Assembly (NCBI GenBank): GCA_021604665.1
Contig: BQJK01000001.1
Coordinates: 956,419-1,020,418 of the forward strand
DNA length: 64,000 bases
Reading direction: 5' to 3'
Origin: Rhodomicrobium sp.
GTDB lineage: Bacteria; Pseudomonadota; Alphaproteobacteria; Rhizobiales; HXMU1428-3
The notes under the pieces are model-generated. The model did no database searches. It saw nothing but the letters and a program-made list of their open reading frames with translations, and had not been told where the DNA came from. The first letter of the stretch is position 1. Each line of letters starts with the position of its first letter. Made by a program: the position numbers and the translations under genes. Below are positions 10,968-21,151 of the stretch, in pieces.

Positions 10968-11828
10968 ATGCCCAAAAACACCGATTTATCAGCCGAATTG
11001 ACCCGAATTGCCGAAGCGCTGGAGCGGCTCAGCCCACCGCCGCCCAAAAAACCGGATTTTAAAAAAGCCCGCGCCGCGCTTTGGTATGGCAGCAGTAAAG
11101 GCTTTGAGACCATAAAGCATGTAAATGCGGTTCCGCTTGATTATCTGGTTGGTATAGACAGCCAGAAACAGCAGTTGTTAGAGAACACCGAAGCCTTTCA
11201 AAAAGGCTTTACCGCCAACAATACATTATTATGGGGCGCCCGCGGCATGGGCAAAAGCTCGCTGATTAAAGCTGTGCACCAGCATCAGAACAAACAGAAT
11301 GAAGACAACCCATTAATTCTGATAGAGATCCTGCGCGAAGAGATAGACACGATAGATCAATGCCTGGCCCACCTGAAAGAGCGGCCAGAGCGTTTTATTT
11401 TATTTTGTGATGATCTCTCATTTGAGCCACAGGATAAAGCCTACAAAGCGCTCAAAGCTGTACTTGAAGGCGGCATCATTGGGCGGCCTGATAATGTGCT
11501 TTTTTACGCCACATCCAATCAGCGTCATCTCTTACCGCGCCGCCACAGCGAATATGAAAACCGCGACTATTTGAACGACACTGACATCACCAATGAGACG
11601 GTTAGCCTGTCAGATCGTTTCGGCCTGTGGCTCGGGTTTCATAATTGTAGCAATGAAGACTATAAGCAAATGGTCATCAATTACGCGGTGCACTACAAAA
11701 TACCGCTGGTGCGAAAAGAGCTGCTGGATGAAGCCCATAAATGGCAAATGGCCCGCGGCGCCAGATCAGGCCGCGTCGCCTGGCAATATATCCAGCACCT
11801 CTTGGGCAAATATGAAATTCAATTGTAA
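10968..11828 (+). CDS. DUF815 family AAA+ ATP-binding protein
   Basis: Walker A GARGMGKSS, FCDDLSFE, YATSNQRHL, SLSDRFGLWLGF, ARSGRVAWQY. Confidence 0.92.
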   Translation: MPKNTDLSAELTRIAEALERLSPPPPKKPDFKKARAALWYGSSKGFETIKHVNAVPLDYLVGIDSQKQQLLENTEAFQKGFTANNTLLWGARGMGKSSLIKAVHQHQNKQNEDNPLILIEILREEIDTIDQCLAHLKERPERFILFCDDLSFEPQDKAYKALKAVLEGGIIGRPDNVLFYATSNQRHLLPRRHSEYENRDYLNDTDITNETVSLSDRFGLWLGFHNCSNEDYKQMVINYAVHYKIPLVRKELLDEAHKWQMARGARSGRVAWQYIQHLLGKYEIQL

Positions 11829-11835
11829 AAACAAA

Positions 11836-11857
11836 AACCCGGCCACAAGGCCGGGTT
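11836..11857. terminator. Intrinsic terminator between the convergent DUF815 and nlpD genes
   Basis: AACCCGGCC-ACAA-GGCCGGGTT, A-rich on both sides. Confidence 0.75.
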
Positions 11858-12010
11858 AATAAAACCGCGCTGCGATCTCAAAAATCATGAAATCAAAAAC
11901 CGCAATACGAGCCTAACGCGCCGCTCACATCACGATGAAGGAGCAACGCCTCTGCGGCGGCAGAGACATGGCAAAGCCCCATAGAGAGCTGCGGAATAGC
12001 CCGTGAGAGA

Positions 12011-13309
12011 CTAACGAATTGCCAAATGCCGCATCGGGTTCACAGGCTTCGAGCCTTTGCGCAATTCAAAATGCAGCTGCGGCTGTGTAACAGAGCCGCT
12101 TTTACCAGATTTGGCAATCACCTGCCCACGTCTCACTTTATCACCGCGTTTGACAAGCAGGCTCTTATTATGAGCATAAGCCGTGACCCAATTATTCGAA
12201 TGACGAACAAGAATAAGCTTACCATAGCCCTTCAACTCATGCCCCGCATAGGCAACCACACCATCACCAGCTGATTTAATTTTCGTACCCGCTGGAATAG
12301 CAATGTTCACACCATCATTGATAGTACCGCTTTTCTGGCGGCCAAAATTAGAAACGATCCGACCGCGTGCTGGCCATAAAAATTTGCCGCTACTAACAGA
12401 TTTGATCTTCTTTGAATTTGCAGGTTTCTTCTTTGGCGTCTGCACATTTGTGCGCCGACCGGAAAGACCAATTTTCTTATCAATTGAGGCAACCCTCACA
12501 GGCTTTTCTGTCCGCTTAGCGGCAACACGATCACCAGGGATAACAAGTTCCTGGCCCATTGAGAGCCTAGTTAGGTCTTCATTATTATTGGCATCAGAAA
12601 GCTCCGCAATAGAAATGCCATGACGGCGCGCTATGCTATAGGCCGTGTCGCCCTGTGCCACTATATAGCGGCTTCTAGCTTTGCGGCTCTGTGATTTCTT
12701 AACGATTGAGGCGTTTTTAGTGAGCCCCGGAATAGCCAGGCGTTGCCCTAGTTTTATATCATTGCCATCCATATCATTGGCGCGCTTAATGCGTGAAACA
12801 TCTACGCCATAGCGACGAGAGATATTATAGAGCGTATCCCCCTCACTCACCACATGATGTCCAGAAGAATCCCGGCGAGCAACTAAGCGCGGCTTTTCAA
12901 CACGGCTTTGCTGTTTAAGATCTGGCAGTTCACGGCGACCATAATCATCTTTGCCATCCGCATACTCACCACCATCAGCATAGCGCTTATAGTCAGTGGA
13001 TTTTTTCCCGAAGCTGGCAGTGTTGCCAACATCCCGGTCATCCAAATATCTGTTTTGGGAATTGCTTGAATAGCGCTCACTATTATAGCGCGATTCAGGC
13101 TGGTATTTGCGGGTCGAATTATAATCCGGCGCTTTATAGCGATTATTACTGTAATCCCGGGCTTGGTCGTCAGCCTTATAGCCATTCCGGTTACCGGTTT
13201 TTTCAACTGGCCCACCATTCATGCCCATTACCGGGTAATCAAACCGTGTAAAATTTGAACTGCAAGCGGGGAGTGCCATAGTAAAAGCACCAACAACCGC
13301 AAAACGCAT
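12011..13309 (-). CDS. nlpD: LysM x2 / M23 peptidase-domain lipoprotein (NlpD/DipM family)
   Basis: Lipobox LPAC, two LysM repeats (VSEGDTLYNISRRYG, VAQGDTAYSIARRHG), M23 domain ending QPQLHFELR; zinc-binding motif degenerate (NDGVNI); upstream TTG at 13339 possible. Confidence 0.88.
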   Translation of the reverse strand: MRFAVVGAFTMALPACSSNFTRFDYPVMGMNGGPVEKTGNRNGYKADDQARDYSNNRYKAPDYNSTRKYQPESRYNSERYSSNSQNRYLDDRDVGNTASFGKKSTDYKRYADGGEYADGKDDYGRRELPDLKQQSRVEKPRLVARRDSSGHHVVSEGDTLYNISRRYGVDVSRIKRANDMDGNDIKLGQRLAIPGLTKNASIVKKSQSRKARSRYIVAQGDTAYSIARRHGISIAELSDANNNEDLTRLSMGQELVIPGDRVAAKRTEKPVRVASIDKKIGLSGRRTNVQTPKKKPANSKKIKSVSSGKFLWPARGRIVSNFGRQKSGTINDGVNIAIPAGTKIKSAGDGVVAYAGHELKGYGKLILVRHSNNWVTAYAHNKSLLVKRGDKVRRGQVIAKSGKSGSVTQPQLHFELRKGSKPVNPMRHLAIR

Positions 13310-13466
13310 CACTCTATTCACAACACTGCCCCTACTCAAACATCTGGGTTACTAAATTCAGCCCTACTCAAATTGACCTGTACAAACAAACAGCCCGACT
13401 AAAACTTCAAAAAGGTAGCGTCAAAGAGACCCCACCGTAACATGGTAAATTTAAGCCCAAACCTGA

Positions 13467-13482
13467 TTAACAGAAGCTTAAC
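13467..13482. promoter_or_regulatory. CtrA-binding box upstream of nlpD/dipM
   Basis: TTAA-CAGAAGC-TTAAC matches TTAA-N7-TTAAC exactly. Confidence 0.7.
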
Positions 13483-13517
13483 GAAACGGGTTCAGTTTTA
13501 CTGAGTTCATCATCATG

Positions 13518-13534
13518 GTTAACAAATCCCTAAC
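13518..13534. promoter_or_regulatory. Second, near-consensus CtrA box
   Basis: GTTAA-CAAATCC-CTAAC, one mismatch. Confidence 0.5.
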
Positions 13535-13778
13535 AAAGCAGCTGCATTACCCAAGCTTAAGCCAACGCCCGCAACCGCCCAAAGCACCACAAAAGATAGC
13601 CCATCCTCTGATAGCTCAAACGAATAACGATGCGCGAAACAAGCCGCCCATTAAAAGAAAGATCCCGCTTAAAATAGTTAACCACAATTACGCCCGAAAA
13701 GCGGCAAGCGGCTAAATTAATAAACAGAGTTTAGAATTAAGACAAAAGCTGAAGGTATCGGAGAGATCAATTACCGCT

Positions 13779-14546
13779 CTAAACGCCGGTGAATAACCGC
13801 TCAAGCTGAGCTGTCGTTTCATGATGGGTAAGATCAAGATGCAAAGGAGTGACGGAGATATAGTTATTATAAACCGCCCAAAGATCAGTACCTTGCGCAG
13901 GGTTAGAGCGCTTACGCTGAAAATCAAACCAGTAATAATCGCGCCCCCGCGGGTCTTGCCGCGCATCAATAGCTAAAAGGCTCTGGTCCCGGCGCCCCTG
14001 CCGTGTCGCAATCCGCCCCTTCACATCTTGTGGTGAACAATCCGGGAAATTAACATTCATCAACACATCAGTGCCCCACCCGGCCTTTAGCAAATCTTGG
14101 ATCAAAGGCACCGCTAAAGCCTCCGGTGTCTCCCAATGTTCTGATCCCGGCGCTTCAAACCCGGTTGTGAGACTAAGCGCAATAGAGGGGATGCCAAGTA
14201 AAGCCCCCTCAATCGCCCCGGCAATGGTTCCAGAATAGGTCACATCATCAGCAATATTTTGCCCATGATTAATACCAGAGAGAATAAGATCCGGCGGCGT
14301 GTCTCCCATAAACTGGCGCACAGCCATAATCACGCAATCAGTCGGCGTACCTTCAACGGCAAAAGTCTGTTCCCCCAGCTGCCGGCTGCGCAGCGGGTCT
14401 TTTAAACTCAAGGAATGAGAGGCACCACTATTATCCAGCGCCGGGGCAACGACCCACACATCATCTGAAAGTTGCTGGGCAATACGGCCAAGCACCTCAA
14501 TGCCTTGCGCATCAATACCATCATCATTCGTCACTAAAATACGCAT
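13779..14546 (-). CDS. surE: 5'/3'-nucleotidase SurE
   Basis: MRILVTNDDG, GTPTDCV, SGINHGQN, YSGT, YISVTPL. Confidence 0.97.
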   Translation of the reverse strand: MRILVTNDDGIDAQGIEVLGRIAQQLSDDVWVVAPALDNSGASHSLSLKDPLRSRQLGEQTFAVEGTPTDCVIMAVRQFMGDTPPDLILSGINHGQNIADDVTYSGTIAGAIEGALLGIPSIALSLTTGFEAPGSEHWETPEALAVPLIQDLLKAGWGTDVLMNVNFPDCSPQDVKGRIATRQGRRDQSLLAIDARQDPRGRDYYWFDFQRKRSNPAQGTDLWAVYNNYISVTPLHLDLTHHETTAQLERLFTGV

Positions 14547-14563
14547 AGGTTAGATGCCGCCTT

Positions 14564-15850
14564 TCAAGCGTTAAGAGGGGCAATTCTTTCTTTGCCGCCA
14601 ACATAAGGGCGCAACACCTCAGGAATTATGACACTGCCATCGGCTTGTTGATAATTCTCCAGCACCGCCACCAATGTGCGCCCAACCGCAAGGCCAGAGC
14701 CATTTAGGGTGTGAACAAATTTAAGATGCTTAGCCCCCTCAGGCCGGTAGCGCGCATTCATCCGCCGTGCCTGAAAATCACCACAGACAGAACAGCTGGA
14801 AATTTCCCGGTAGCAATTCTGCCCCGGCAACCAAACCTCAATGTCATAAGTCCGCCGCGCGCCAAAGCCCATATCACCAGTGCAGAGTTTCATCACTCGA
14901 TATGAAAGCCCAAGCCGTTTTAAAACCTCTTCAGCGCAGCCCGTCATCCGCTCTAACTCAGCTTCGGATTGCTCCGGCGAGGTGATTGAGACCATCTCAA
15001 CTTTTAAAAACTGATGCTGGCGGATCATCCCTCTCGTATCCCGCCCTGCAGACCCAGCTTCAGAGCGAAAGCATGGTGTAAAGGCTGTGTAGCGGCGCGG
15101 TAAATAGCTTTCTTCTATGGTGCAGTCGGCAACGATATTGGTCAGCGGCACTTCAGCCGTTGGAATAAGGTAATGTTCTGTTGTGGTCTTAAAAAGATCT
15201 TCTTCAAATTTCGGCAACTGCCCAGTGCCATAAAGCGCATTATCTTTCACCAGCATCGGCGGTGAAACTTCGGTATAACCATGTTCGCCTGTTTGCAAAT
15301 CAAGCATAAACTGCGTCAATGCCCGCTCAAGCCTTGCCAATGCACCAGAGAGCAAAACAAACCGGCTGCCAGACATTTTAGCCGCCACTTCAAAATCCAT
15401 TAATCCGAGAGATTCACCAATTTCAAAATGTTCTTTCGGCTCAAATTCAAATGAGGGCACCTCGCCAACTGTGCGCACCAGCTCATTGGCATCTTCATCA
15501 GCGCCAACCGGCACATCATCATGTGGCAAATTAGGAATAGTAGATAACAGCGCTTCAAGCCGCTGGTTTATCTCACGTTCGGTGTCTTCCCCGCTTTGAA
15601 TAAAGCTCTTAATTTTAGCAACCTCATCTATCGCTGCCTGTGCGGCGGCTTCATCACCGCTGGCCTTGGCCTTGCCAATTTCCTTAGAGGCAGCATTGCG
15701 TTTCGCTTGCGCTTCCTGCAAAGCAGCCAAATGCGCACGCCGCTCATCATCAATCTCCAAAACTTTCGGTGATAACGGCTCCAACCCGCGCATTTTCAGT
15801 TTAGCGTCAAATTCAGCGCTATTTTCGCGGATCCATTTCACATCAAGCAT
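14564..15850 (-). CDS. serS: Serine--tRNA ligase
   Basis: [49 protein letters not shown]. Confidence 0.98.
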   Translation of the reverse strand: MLDVKWIRENSAEFDAKLKMRGLEPLSPKVLEIDDERRAHLAALQEAQAKRNAASKEIGKAKASGDEAAAQAAIDEVAKIKSFIQSGEDTEREINQRLEALLSTIPNLPHDDVPVGADEDANELVRTVGEVPSFEFEPKEHFEIGESLGLMDFEVAAKMSGSRFVLLSGALARLERALTQFMLDLQTGEHGYTEVSPPMLVKDNALYGTGQLPKFEEDLFKTTTEHYLIPTAEVPLTNIVADCTIEESYLPRRYTAFTPCFRSEAGSAGRDTRGMIRQHQFLKVEMVSITSPEQSEAELERMTGCAEEVLKRLGLSYRVMKLCTGDMGFGARRTYDIEVWLPGQNCYREISSCSVCGDFQARRMNARYRPEGAKHLKFVHTLNGSGLAVGRTLVAVLENYQQADGSVIIPEVLRPYVGGKERIAPLNA

Positions 15851-16107
15851 AATTCACCTCTAGGCAGTTTGGGGCATTCAGAAACCCGGCCATAATGACA
15901 ATGACCAAAGCCATAACTTTAAGCGATGACTTTAAGTCATGACTACATAACAAGTTGCATCGCAACCTACTTAACAATCACAGCAGGGGAGTTCCAGTAA
16001 AATCAGGAGATCAATTGTAAAGTGAGAGGCCGACTGAACGTCAAAAAAGCATGAATGGAAAACTCACGAAAGACTTTGCCGCTGGCATCCAGGCAAAGGC
16101 ACCAAAC

Positions 16108-16887
16108 TTAGCCCCGCTTCGCTTCCCGCTCAGCACGCTTCTTCTCCACCAATGTCACCATCCATATTGAGGTTTCATAAAGGAGATAGGTCGGCAAAGC
16201 GAGCCCAAGCTGGCTAAATGGGTCAGGCGGCGTCATCAAAGCAGCAACAGCAAACACACCAACAATGGCATAACGCCGCTTGTTCTTTAATGTCTGGCTA
16301 CTCACCAAGCCAGCCCGTGCCATTAAGGTCAGCGCCACCGGCAATTGGAAACAAATGCCAAAGGCCAGCATCAGCGATGTGATAAGCGAGAAATATTCAC
16401 TTACCTTGGCAACAAGCTGAATGCGCACGCCAGTGTCACCGCTCTGCTGATGAGAGAGAAAATAATCCATCGCCAAAGGCATAACTATAAAATAAACAAC
16501 AGACGCGCCAATAATAAAGAGGAACGGCGTTGCCAGCAGATAAGGCAAAAACGCTGATTTCTCATTCTTATACAGGCCCGGCGCAATGAACATATAGATC
16601 TGCGCTGAGAGGAGAGGAAACGCAATAACGAAGGCACCAAACAGCGCGAGTTTTAGCTTGGTGAAGAAAAATTCATGGGGTGCAGTAAACTGCATGTCGA
16701 TAATCTGATCAGTTCCAACCGCCCGCTCATAAGGCCAGAGCAGAAAATTATAAATCGGCGTAGCAAAATAAAAGCAAAACACAAATGCAACCGCCAGCGC
16801 CACCATGCACCAAATCAGCCTTTGCCGTAATTCAACAAGATGCGCCAGCAATGGAGCTTTACTGCCCTCAATCTCATCCACACTCAT
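16108..16887 (-). CDS. tatC: Twin-arginine translocase subunit TatC
   Basis: HLVELRQRL, APGLYKNEK, TPPDPFSQ; six TM segments. Confidence 0.97.
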   Translation of the reverse strand: MSVDEIEGSKAPLLAHLVELRQRLIWCMVALAVAFVFCFYFATPIYNFLLWPYERAVGTDQIIDMQFTAPHEFFFTKLKLALFGAFVIAFPLLSAQIYMFIAPGLYKNEKSAFLPYLLATPFLFIIGASVVYFIVMPLAMDYFLSHQQSGDTGVRIQLVAKVSEYFSLITSLMLAFGICFQLPVALTLMARAGLVSSQTLKNKRRYAIVGVFAVAALMTPPDPFSQLGLALPTYLLYETSIWMVTLVEKKRAEREAKRG

Positions 16888-17387
16888 TAACTCTGGCTCC
16901 CCTTAACTGTCTCGCTTGTTTTGAGCGCGGCAGTTTCATCAGGCAAAGGATCTTGTTGGGCGGGCGTTGCCTCTTTAACAGCTTCAGTATCTTTATTTAC
17001 ACCGGTCGCAACTTGAGAGTTTTTCGGCGGCTTATAAGCATCGCCATCCTTTTCCGCCATCACCTTTTTGTTCCAGTCATCAACATCAAAGGTCTCATAA
17101 TTATCAGGGTCAAACTCATCCATGATTTCATCATCAAGCCCCATGCCGCCCATAATTTTATCCGGGCTAAGATCGCGGGAAAGCTCATCGACGCTGGATT
17201 TCAGCTTACCGATCTCACTCTCCTCCACCGCCTCTTCAAACTGGCGCTGAAACTGACTAGCAGTTTGTTTGATTTTTTTGATATAGCCACCAATGGTACG
17301 CATAAGGCCAGGCAACTCTTTCGGGCCTACGACCACAAGAGCCACAAGCCCAACCACCAAAAGTTCGCTCCAGCCAATATCAAACAT
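16887..17387 (-). CDS. tatB: Twin-arginine translocase subunit TatB
   Basis: MFDIGWSELLVVGLVALVVVGPKELP; stop codon overlaps tatC start by 1 nt. Confidence 0.96.
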   Translation of the reverse strand: MFDIGWSELLVVGLVALVVVGPKELPGLMRTIGGYIKKIKQTASQFQRQFEEAVEESEIGKLKSSVDELSRDLSPDKIMGGMGLDDEIMDEFDPDNYETFDVDDWNKKVMAEKDGDAYKPPKNSQVATGVNKDTEAVKEATPAQQDPLPDETAALKTSETVKGSQS

Positions 17388-17779
17388 GAAAAATGTTACT
17401 CATGGATTCTGTCACTCATTATTTGCCATACATTTAAAGCTTACACTTTATGAAAACTGACATTTATAAAAATGACACTCTACGAAAATGCCGCCCCGTA
17501 AAATCACCACCGCCATGAAAAATTTTAAAAGGCAGACGTCCATTCAAAGGGATGAGCATTCAGGGCACTATGCCCGGCACAACAAAACCTTCACTAATAA
17601 AACGAGCTGGAATGTTGCGCAGTTAAAAAAATCAGTAAAACAGAATACCTATTAGATTAGCAGTACCAGAGTTTATGAGGCACAAAGATTTAAGCCGGCC
17701 ATACAAATCGTAAGACCAGAAACACCCAATTCACCTTATATCCAGACAAAACAGCAACAGGCATACTCCCTACAACGGA

Positions 17780-18019
17780 TCAGGAAATATCAGCTTTTTC
17801 TTTATGTAAAGGCGAAGCTTCTTCTCCGGTGACACCAGGCTCGAGAGTTTGAACAGTTTCATCACTGCCCTCAGTCTCATCGTCCTTAAGGCCCTTTTTA
17901 AAGCTGGTGATACCCTTGGCAACATCACCCATTAAATCGGAAATTTTCCCGCGGCCAAACAATAAAACAACCAGCAAAACAACTATAAGGATTTGCCAAA
18001 AACCAGGATAACCGAACAT
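17780..18019 (-). CDS. tatA: Twin-arginine translocase subunit TatA
   Basis: [36 protein letters not shown]; AGGAG spaced correctly for ATG 18019. Confidence 0.96.
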   Translation of the reverse strand: MFGYPGFWQILIVVLLVVLLFGRGKISDLMGDVAKGITSFKKGLKDDETEGSDETVQTLEPGVTGEEASPLHKEKADIS

Positions 18020-18150
18020 ATTCATCTCCTAACGCCAGAAATGGCGTTGTTAATCTACTTTAGATCAATATGACAAAATCGCCGCATCTGCGCAACCACG
18101 CAACACGTACATTCCATCAAAGCGGTAAACCGCCAATAACACATAATGTT

Positions 18151-19254
18151 TTAATCGTCACTCTCAAGTATTAGCGCTTTATCTTTATCAAGCTCAACAA
18201 AAATTTCCTCACCGGTCAAAGGCGCTAAATTCTCACGTAAACGCACTTTTAGCGGTGTATCCAGCCCATTTACCACAATCTCGATCAAAGCCGCATCACC
18301 AAGGAATTTTCTATCAATCACCCGGCCAGGCACACCCATCCCCTGCTCATTCAGGCTAAGAGCGCGAAAGCGCACCCCAACCGTCACATCATCAGAGGTT
18401 ATCGTCTTTGGCACTTCAAACTTACCAAACACAGTGTCAACATAACCACCTACAGCCCGGCAATCCATTTCATTCATCTCAGAAAACACCCGCGCCACAA
18501 AAAGCGAGTTTGGGTGATTATAGATATCCTCACTGGTGCCAACTTGCAGAACCCGCCCGCCGCGCATCACCGCAATGCGGTCACCCATCCGCATGGCTTC
18601 CTCAGCCTGGTGTGTCACGATCACAGATGTCGCCCGCATTTCTTTTAAGATCGCCATCGTTTCTTCGCGCATATGATCCCGCAACCGTGGATCAAGACCA
18701 GAGAAAGGCTCATCCATAAACATAACACTTGGCCGCGGCGCGATAGCCCTGGCTAACGCCACTCGCTGCTGCTGCCCACCTGAAAGCACATGCGGATAAT
18801 CCTCCGCATAAGCTTCAAGCCCAACCCGCACCAGTGCCGCCATAGCAACTCTGTGCGCCTGAGCAGGCTCAAGCATTCGCAACCCAAACATCACATTTTT
18901 TACAATTGATAAATGAGGGAAAAGCGCAAAATCCTGAAACATCAAACCAATGCCGCGCTTCTCAGGCGGTACGAAAACATTTGGCCCAACAACTTCCTGA
19001 TGGTTAAACAGCACCCGGCCCGCATCCGGCCATTCAATCCCGGCTGCTATGCGCAATAAAGTTGTTTTGCCGCAACCAGACGGCCCCAGCAGACACATCG
19101 TCTCCGCCGGTTCAATATCCAGGCTAACCCCTCTGAGCGCATATTTATCATCAAATTTCCGCGTCAGATTTTCAAAGGTAAGGCGCGCAGCAATCGTCGC
19201 CGCAGCAGACCCTCGCTGGCCCCAACCATTCGTCACTCGGCTCAAAGATACCAT
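18151..19254 (-). CDS. Orphan ABC transporter ATP-binding protein (FbpC/PotA-like, TOBE domain)
   Basis: GPSGCGKTT, LSGGQQQRVALAR, MDEPFS; no permease or binding protein adjacent. Confidence 0.88.
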   Translation of the reverse strand: MVSLSRVTNGWGQRGSAAATIAARLTFENLTRKFDDKYALRGVSLDIEPAETMCLLGPSGCGKTTLLRIAAGIEWPDAGRVLFNHQEVVGPNVFVPPEKRGIGLMFQDFALFPHLSIVKNVMFGLRMLEPAQAHRVAMAALVRVGLEAYAEDYPHVLSGGQQQRVALARAIAPRPSVMFMDEPFSGLDPRLRDHMREETMAILKEMRATSVIVTHQAEEAMRMGDRIAVMRGGRVLQVGTSEDIYNHPNSLFVARVFSEMNEMDCRAVGGYVDTVFGKFEVPKTITSDDVTVGVRFRALSLNEQGMGVPGRVIDRKFLGDAALIEIVVNGLDTPLKVRLRENLAPLTGEEIFVELDKDKALILESDD

Positions 19255-19518
19255 CCTCTGATAGATTATTTCGCCGCAACAACAATCCTGTCATCATCCC
19301 GGCACAATGCCCGTAAGAGCCAGCAGCCTTAAACTTTTGGCGGTTATACTGCTAACTGACCTAATATCAATCACCGTTATGTCAAAAGTTGAACCACCTG
19401 TATAGAGCTACAAAATCACGCATCCCCCCAATGCGGCCCAAAAAACAAACAAGGCAAGTCGCTATTACATATGAAGTTTCATAAGGAAATTCAAAACATA
19501 GGAGAGCCAAAACACTGA

Positions 19519-20310
19519 TTATTCAATCTCATCCCCGTCTAACAACTCTTCAGTTTTAAACCGCAGCGGGTCTTCTTCTGCGCCCAAAAGTTCCTCATCC
19601 GGATCAAAAGGGTCTTCTAAGTCCTGTAGCGCGTCACTGTCATCAGGCGTGGGAACCTCAAAATCTGGCGGCAACGCGCCATCAAGCAACCCCGCCCCCT
19701 TCAGCTCTTTGAGCCCCGGTAGATCATCAATCCGCCCTAAGCCAAATTGATCAAGAAACAAACCACTCGTACCATAGGTAATCGGCCGCCCCGGCGCGCG
19801 CCGCCTCCCGCGCATGCGAACCCAGCCAGTTTCAAGCAAAACATCAATCGTGCCCTTGGCAACCTGCACCCCCCGCACATCCTCAATCTCCGCCCGTGTC
19901 ACAGGCTGGTGATAGGCGATAATTGCCAATGTCTCCAGCGCCGCCTTAGAGAGCTTACGCTTCACATCCCGGTAGCGTGTCAGCACCGGCCCAAGGTCAG
20001 ACGCTGTGCGAAAAGCCCAGCCCTCTCCAACCTGCCGCAATACCACACCACGCCCGGCATAAATATCGTGGAGCTCCATCAAAAGCCCCGGCACATCTTC
20101 CAGCATTGAGAACTGACGCTCAATCTCAGCCACACTCATCGGCTCAGGAGAGGCAAATAACGCGGCCTCAAGCAAGCGCAAACCATCCCCGGCCTCAAAT
20201 CCCTCAGCATCAGGATCATCCCTTTTGCTATCGGCTCCCTTGGAAAATTTACCGTCACCCAGTTTACGAGGGCTGGCAGCTGTTTCATTTGAAAAAGGGC
20301 CATCACTCAT
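19519..20310 (-). CDS. scpB: SMC-Scp complex subunit ScpB
   Basis: LEAALFASPEP, LSKAALETLAIIAYHQPVTRAEIEDVRGV, PGRPITYGT. Confidence 0.96.
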   Translation of the reverse strand: MSDGPFSNETAASPRKLGDGKFSKGADSKRDDPDAEGFEAGDGLRLLEAALFASPEPMSVAEIERQFSMLEDVPGLLMELHDIYAGRGVVLRQVGEGWAFRTASDLGPVLTRYRDVKRKLSKAALETLAIIAYHQPVTRAEIEDVRGVQVAKGTIDVLLETGWVRMRGRRRAPGRPITYGTSGLFLDQFGLGRIDDLPGLKELKGAGLLDGALPPDFEVPTPDDSDALQDLEDPFDPDEELLGAEEDPLRFKTEELLDGDEIE

Positions 20311-21106
20311 CACGGCTCTCCCCTTCATTTTCTATCGCCTTAATATAGAGCGGGCTGAAAGCCGCGCCCTGGCGCAATTCAACCACCCCGTCTCTCGCCA
20401 GTTCAAGACTGGCTCCAAACGTGCTGGCAACGGTGGTTTTTTTCATATCCTCACCGCCAAGGAAAGAAACAATCAGATCGTTAATCGGCGCCCAGCCAAT
20501 CGGCATGCCAAGCATCTTTTGCAATCTATTCCGCGCTTTCTTAATCGACCAGACCTCTCGCTTTACCATCTTCAACCTGGTTTCACTCACCCTCTGCCGT
20601 TGACTGGCATAAGCTTTCAAAAGGCCATAAAAATCAGGCTGATAGGCAATGCGCTGCACAAGTTCAAACCCTTCAGGAGCGGGCCGGGCAAAAAAATCCT
20701 GCCCCAACTGATCACGCGCCATTAGCTGCTGGGCCTTTTCCCGCATCGCAGCCAACCGTTTCAAACGAAAAGCCAGCTGCGCCGCCAGCTCATCACCGCT
20801 CGGCTCATCAAGCCCATCATCAATCTGCGGCAGCATTAATTTGGATTTTAAAAACGCCAACCAGGCCGCCATAACCAGATAGTCGGCGGCAATCTCTAAT
20901 CTCTCTGAGCGCATCCGCTCAATATAAAGAATATATTGTTGCGCCAACTCCGCCATGGAAAGCTGAGCCAGGTCAATTTTTTTACTGCGCGAAAGGCCAA
21001 GCAACAAATCAAGCGGGCCTTCATAACCATCCAGCTCCAGATTGAGTATCTCAGCCTCCCGTCGCTCCGAGAAGGCAACCCCTTCATCAAACTCAGTGCT
21101 GTTCAT
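20303..21106 (-). CDS. scpA: Segregation and condensation protein A
   Basis: YEGPLDLLL, ADYLVMAAWLAFLKSKLMLP, STFGASLEL. Confidence 0.96.
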   Translation of the reverse strand: MNSTEFDEGVAFSERREAEILNLELDGYEGPLDLLLGLSRSKKIDLAQLSMAELAQQYILYIERMRSERLEIAADYLVMAAWLAFLKSKLMLPQIDDGLDEPSGDELAAQLAFRLKRLAAMREKAQQLMARDQLGQDFFARPAPEGFELVQRIAYQPDFYGLLKAYASQRQRVSETRLKMVKREVWSIKKARNRLQKMLGMPIGWAPINDLIVSFLGGEDMKKTTVASTFGASLELARDGVVELRQGAAFSPLYIKAIENEGESRDE

Positions 21107-21151
21107 CTCTTTGCTGCCTTCACCATGTGCGTTGCCGCCTTGCGCCCCAAA

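Noticed and set aside
16785-17453. 222-aa plus-strand ORF and similar long antisense ORFs (23401, 23531, 25093, 29473, 31805, 50424, 62635)
   Set aside because: Shadows of well-supported genes on the opposite strand.
18151-19254. Orphan ABC ATPase as a sign of a broken operon
   Set aside because: I recall this scpB-ATPase-tatA arrangement as conserved in Rhizobiales, and the ORF is intact.
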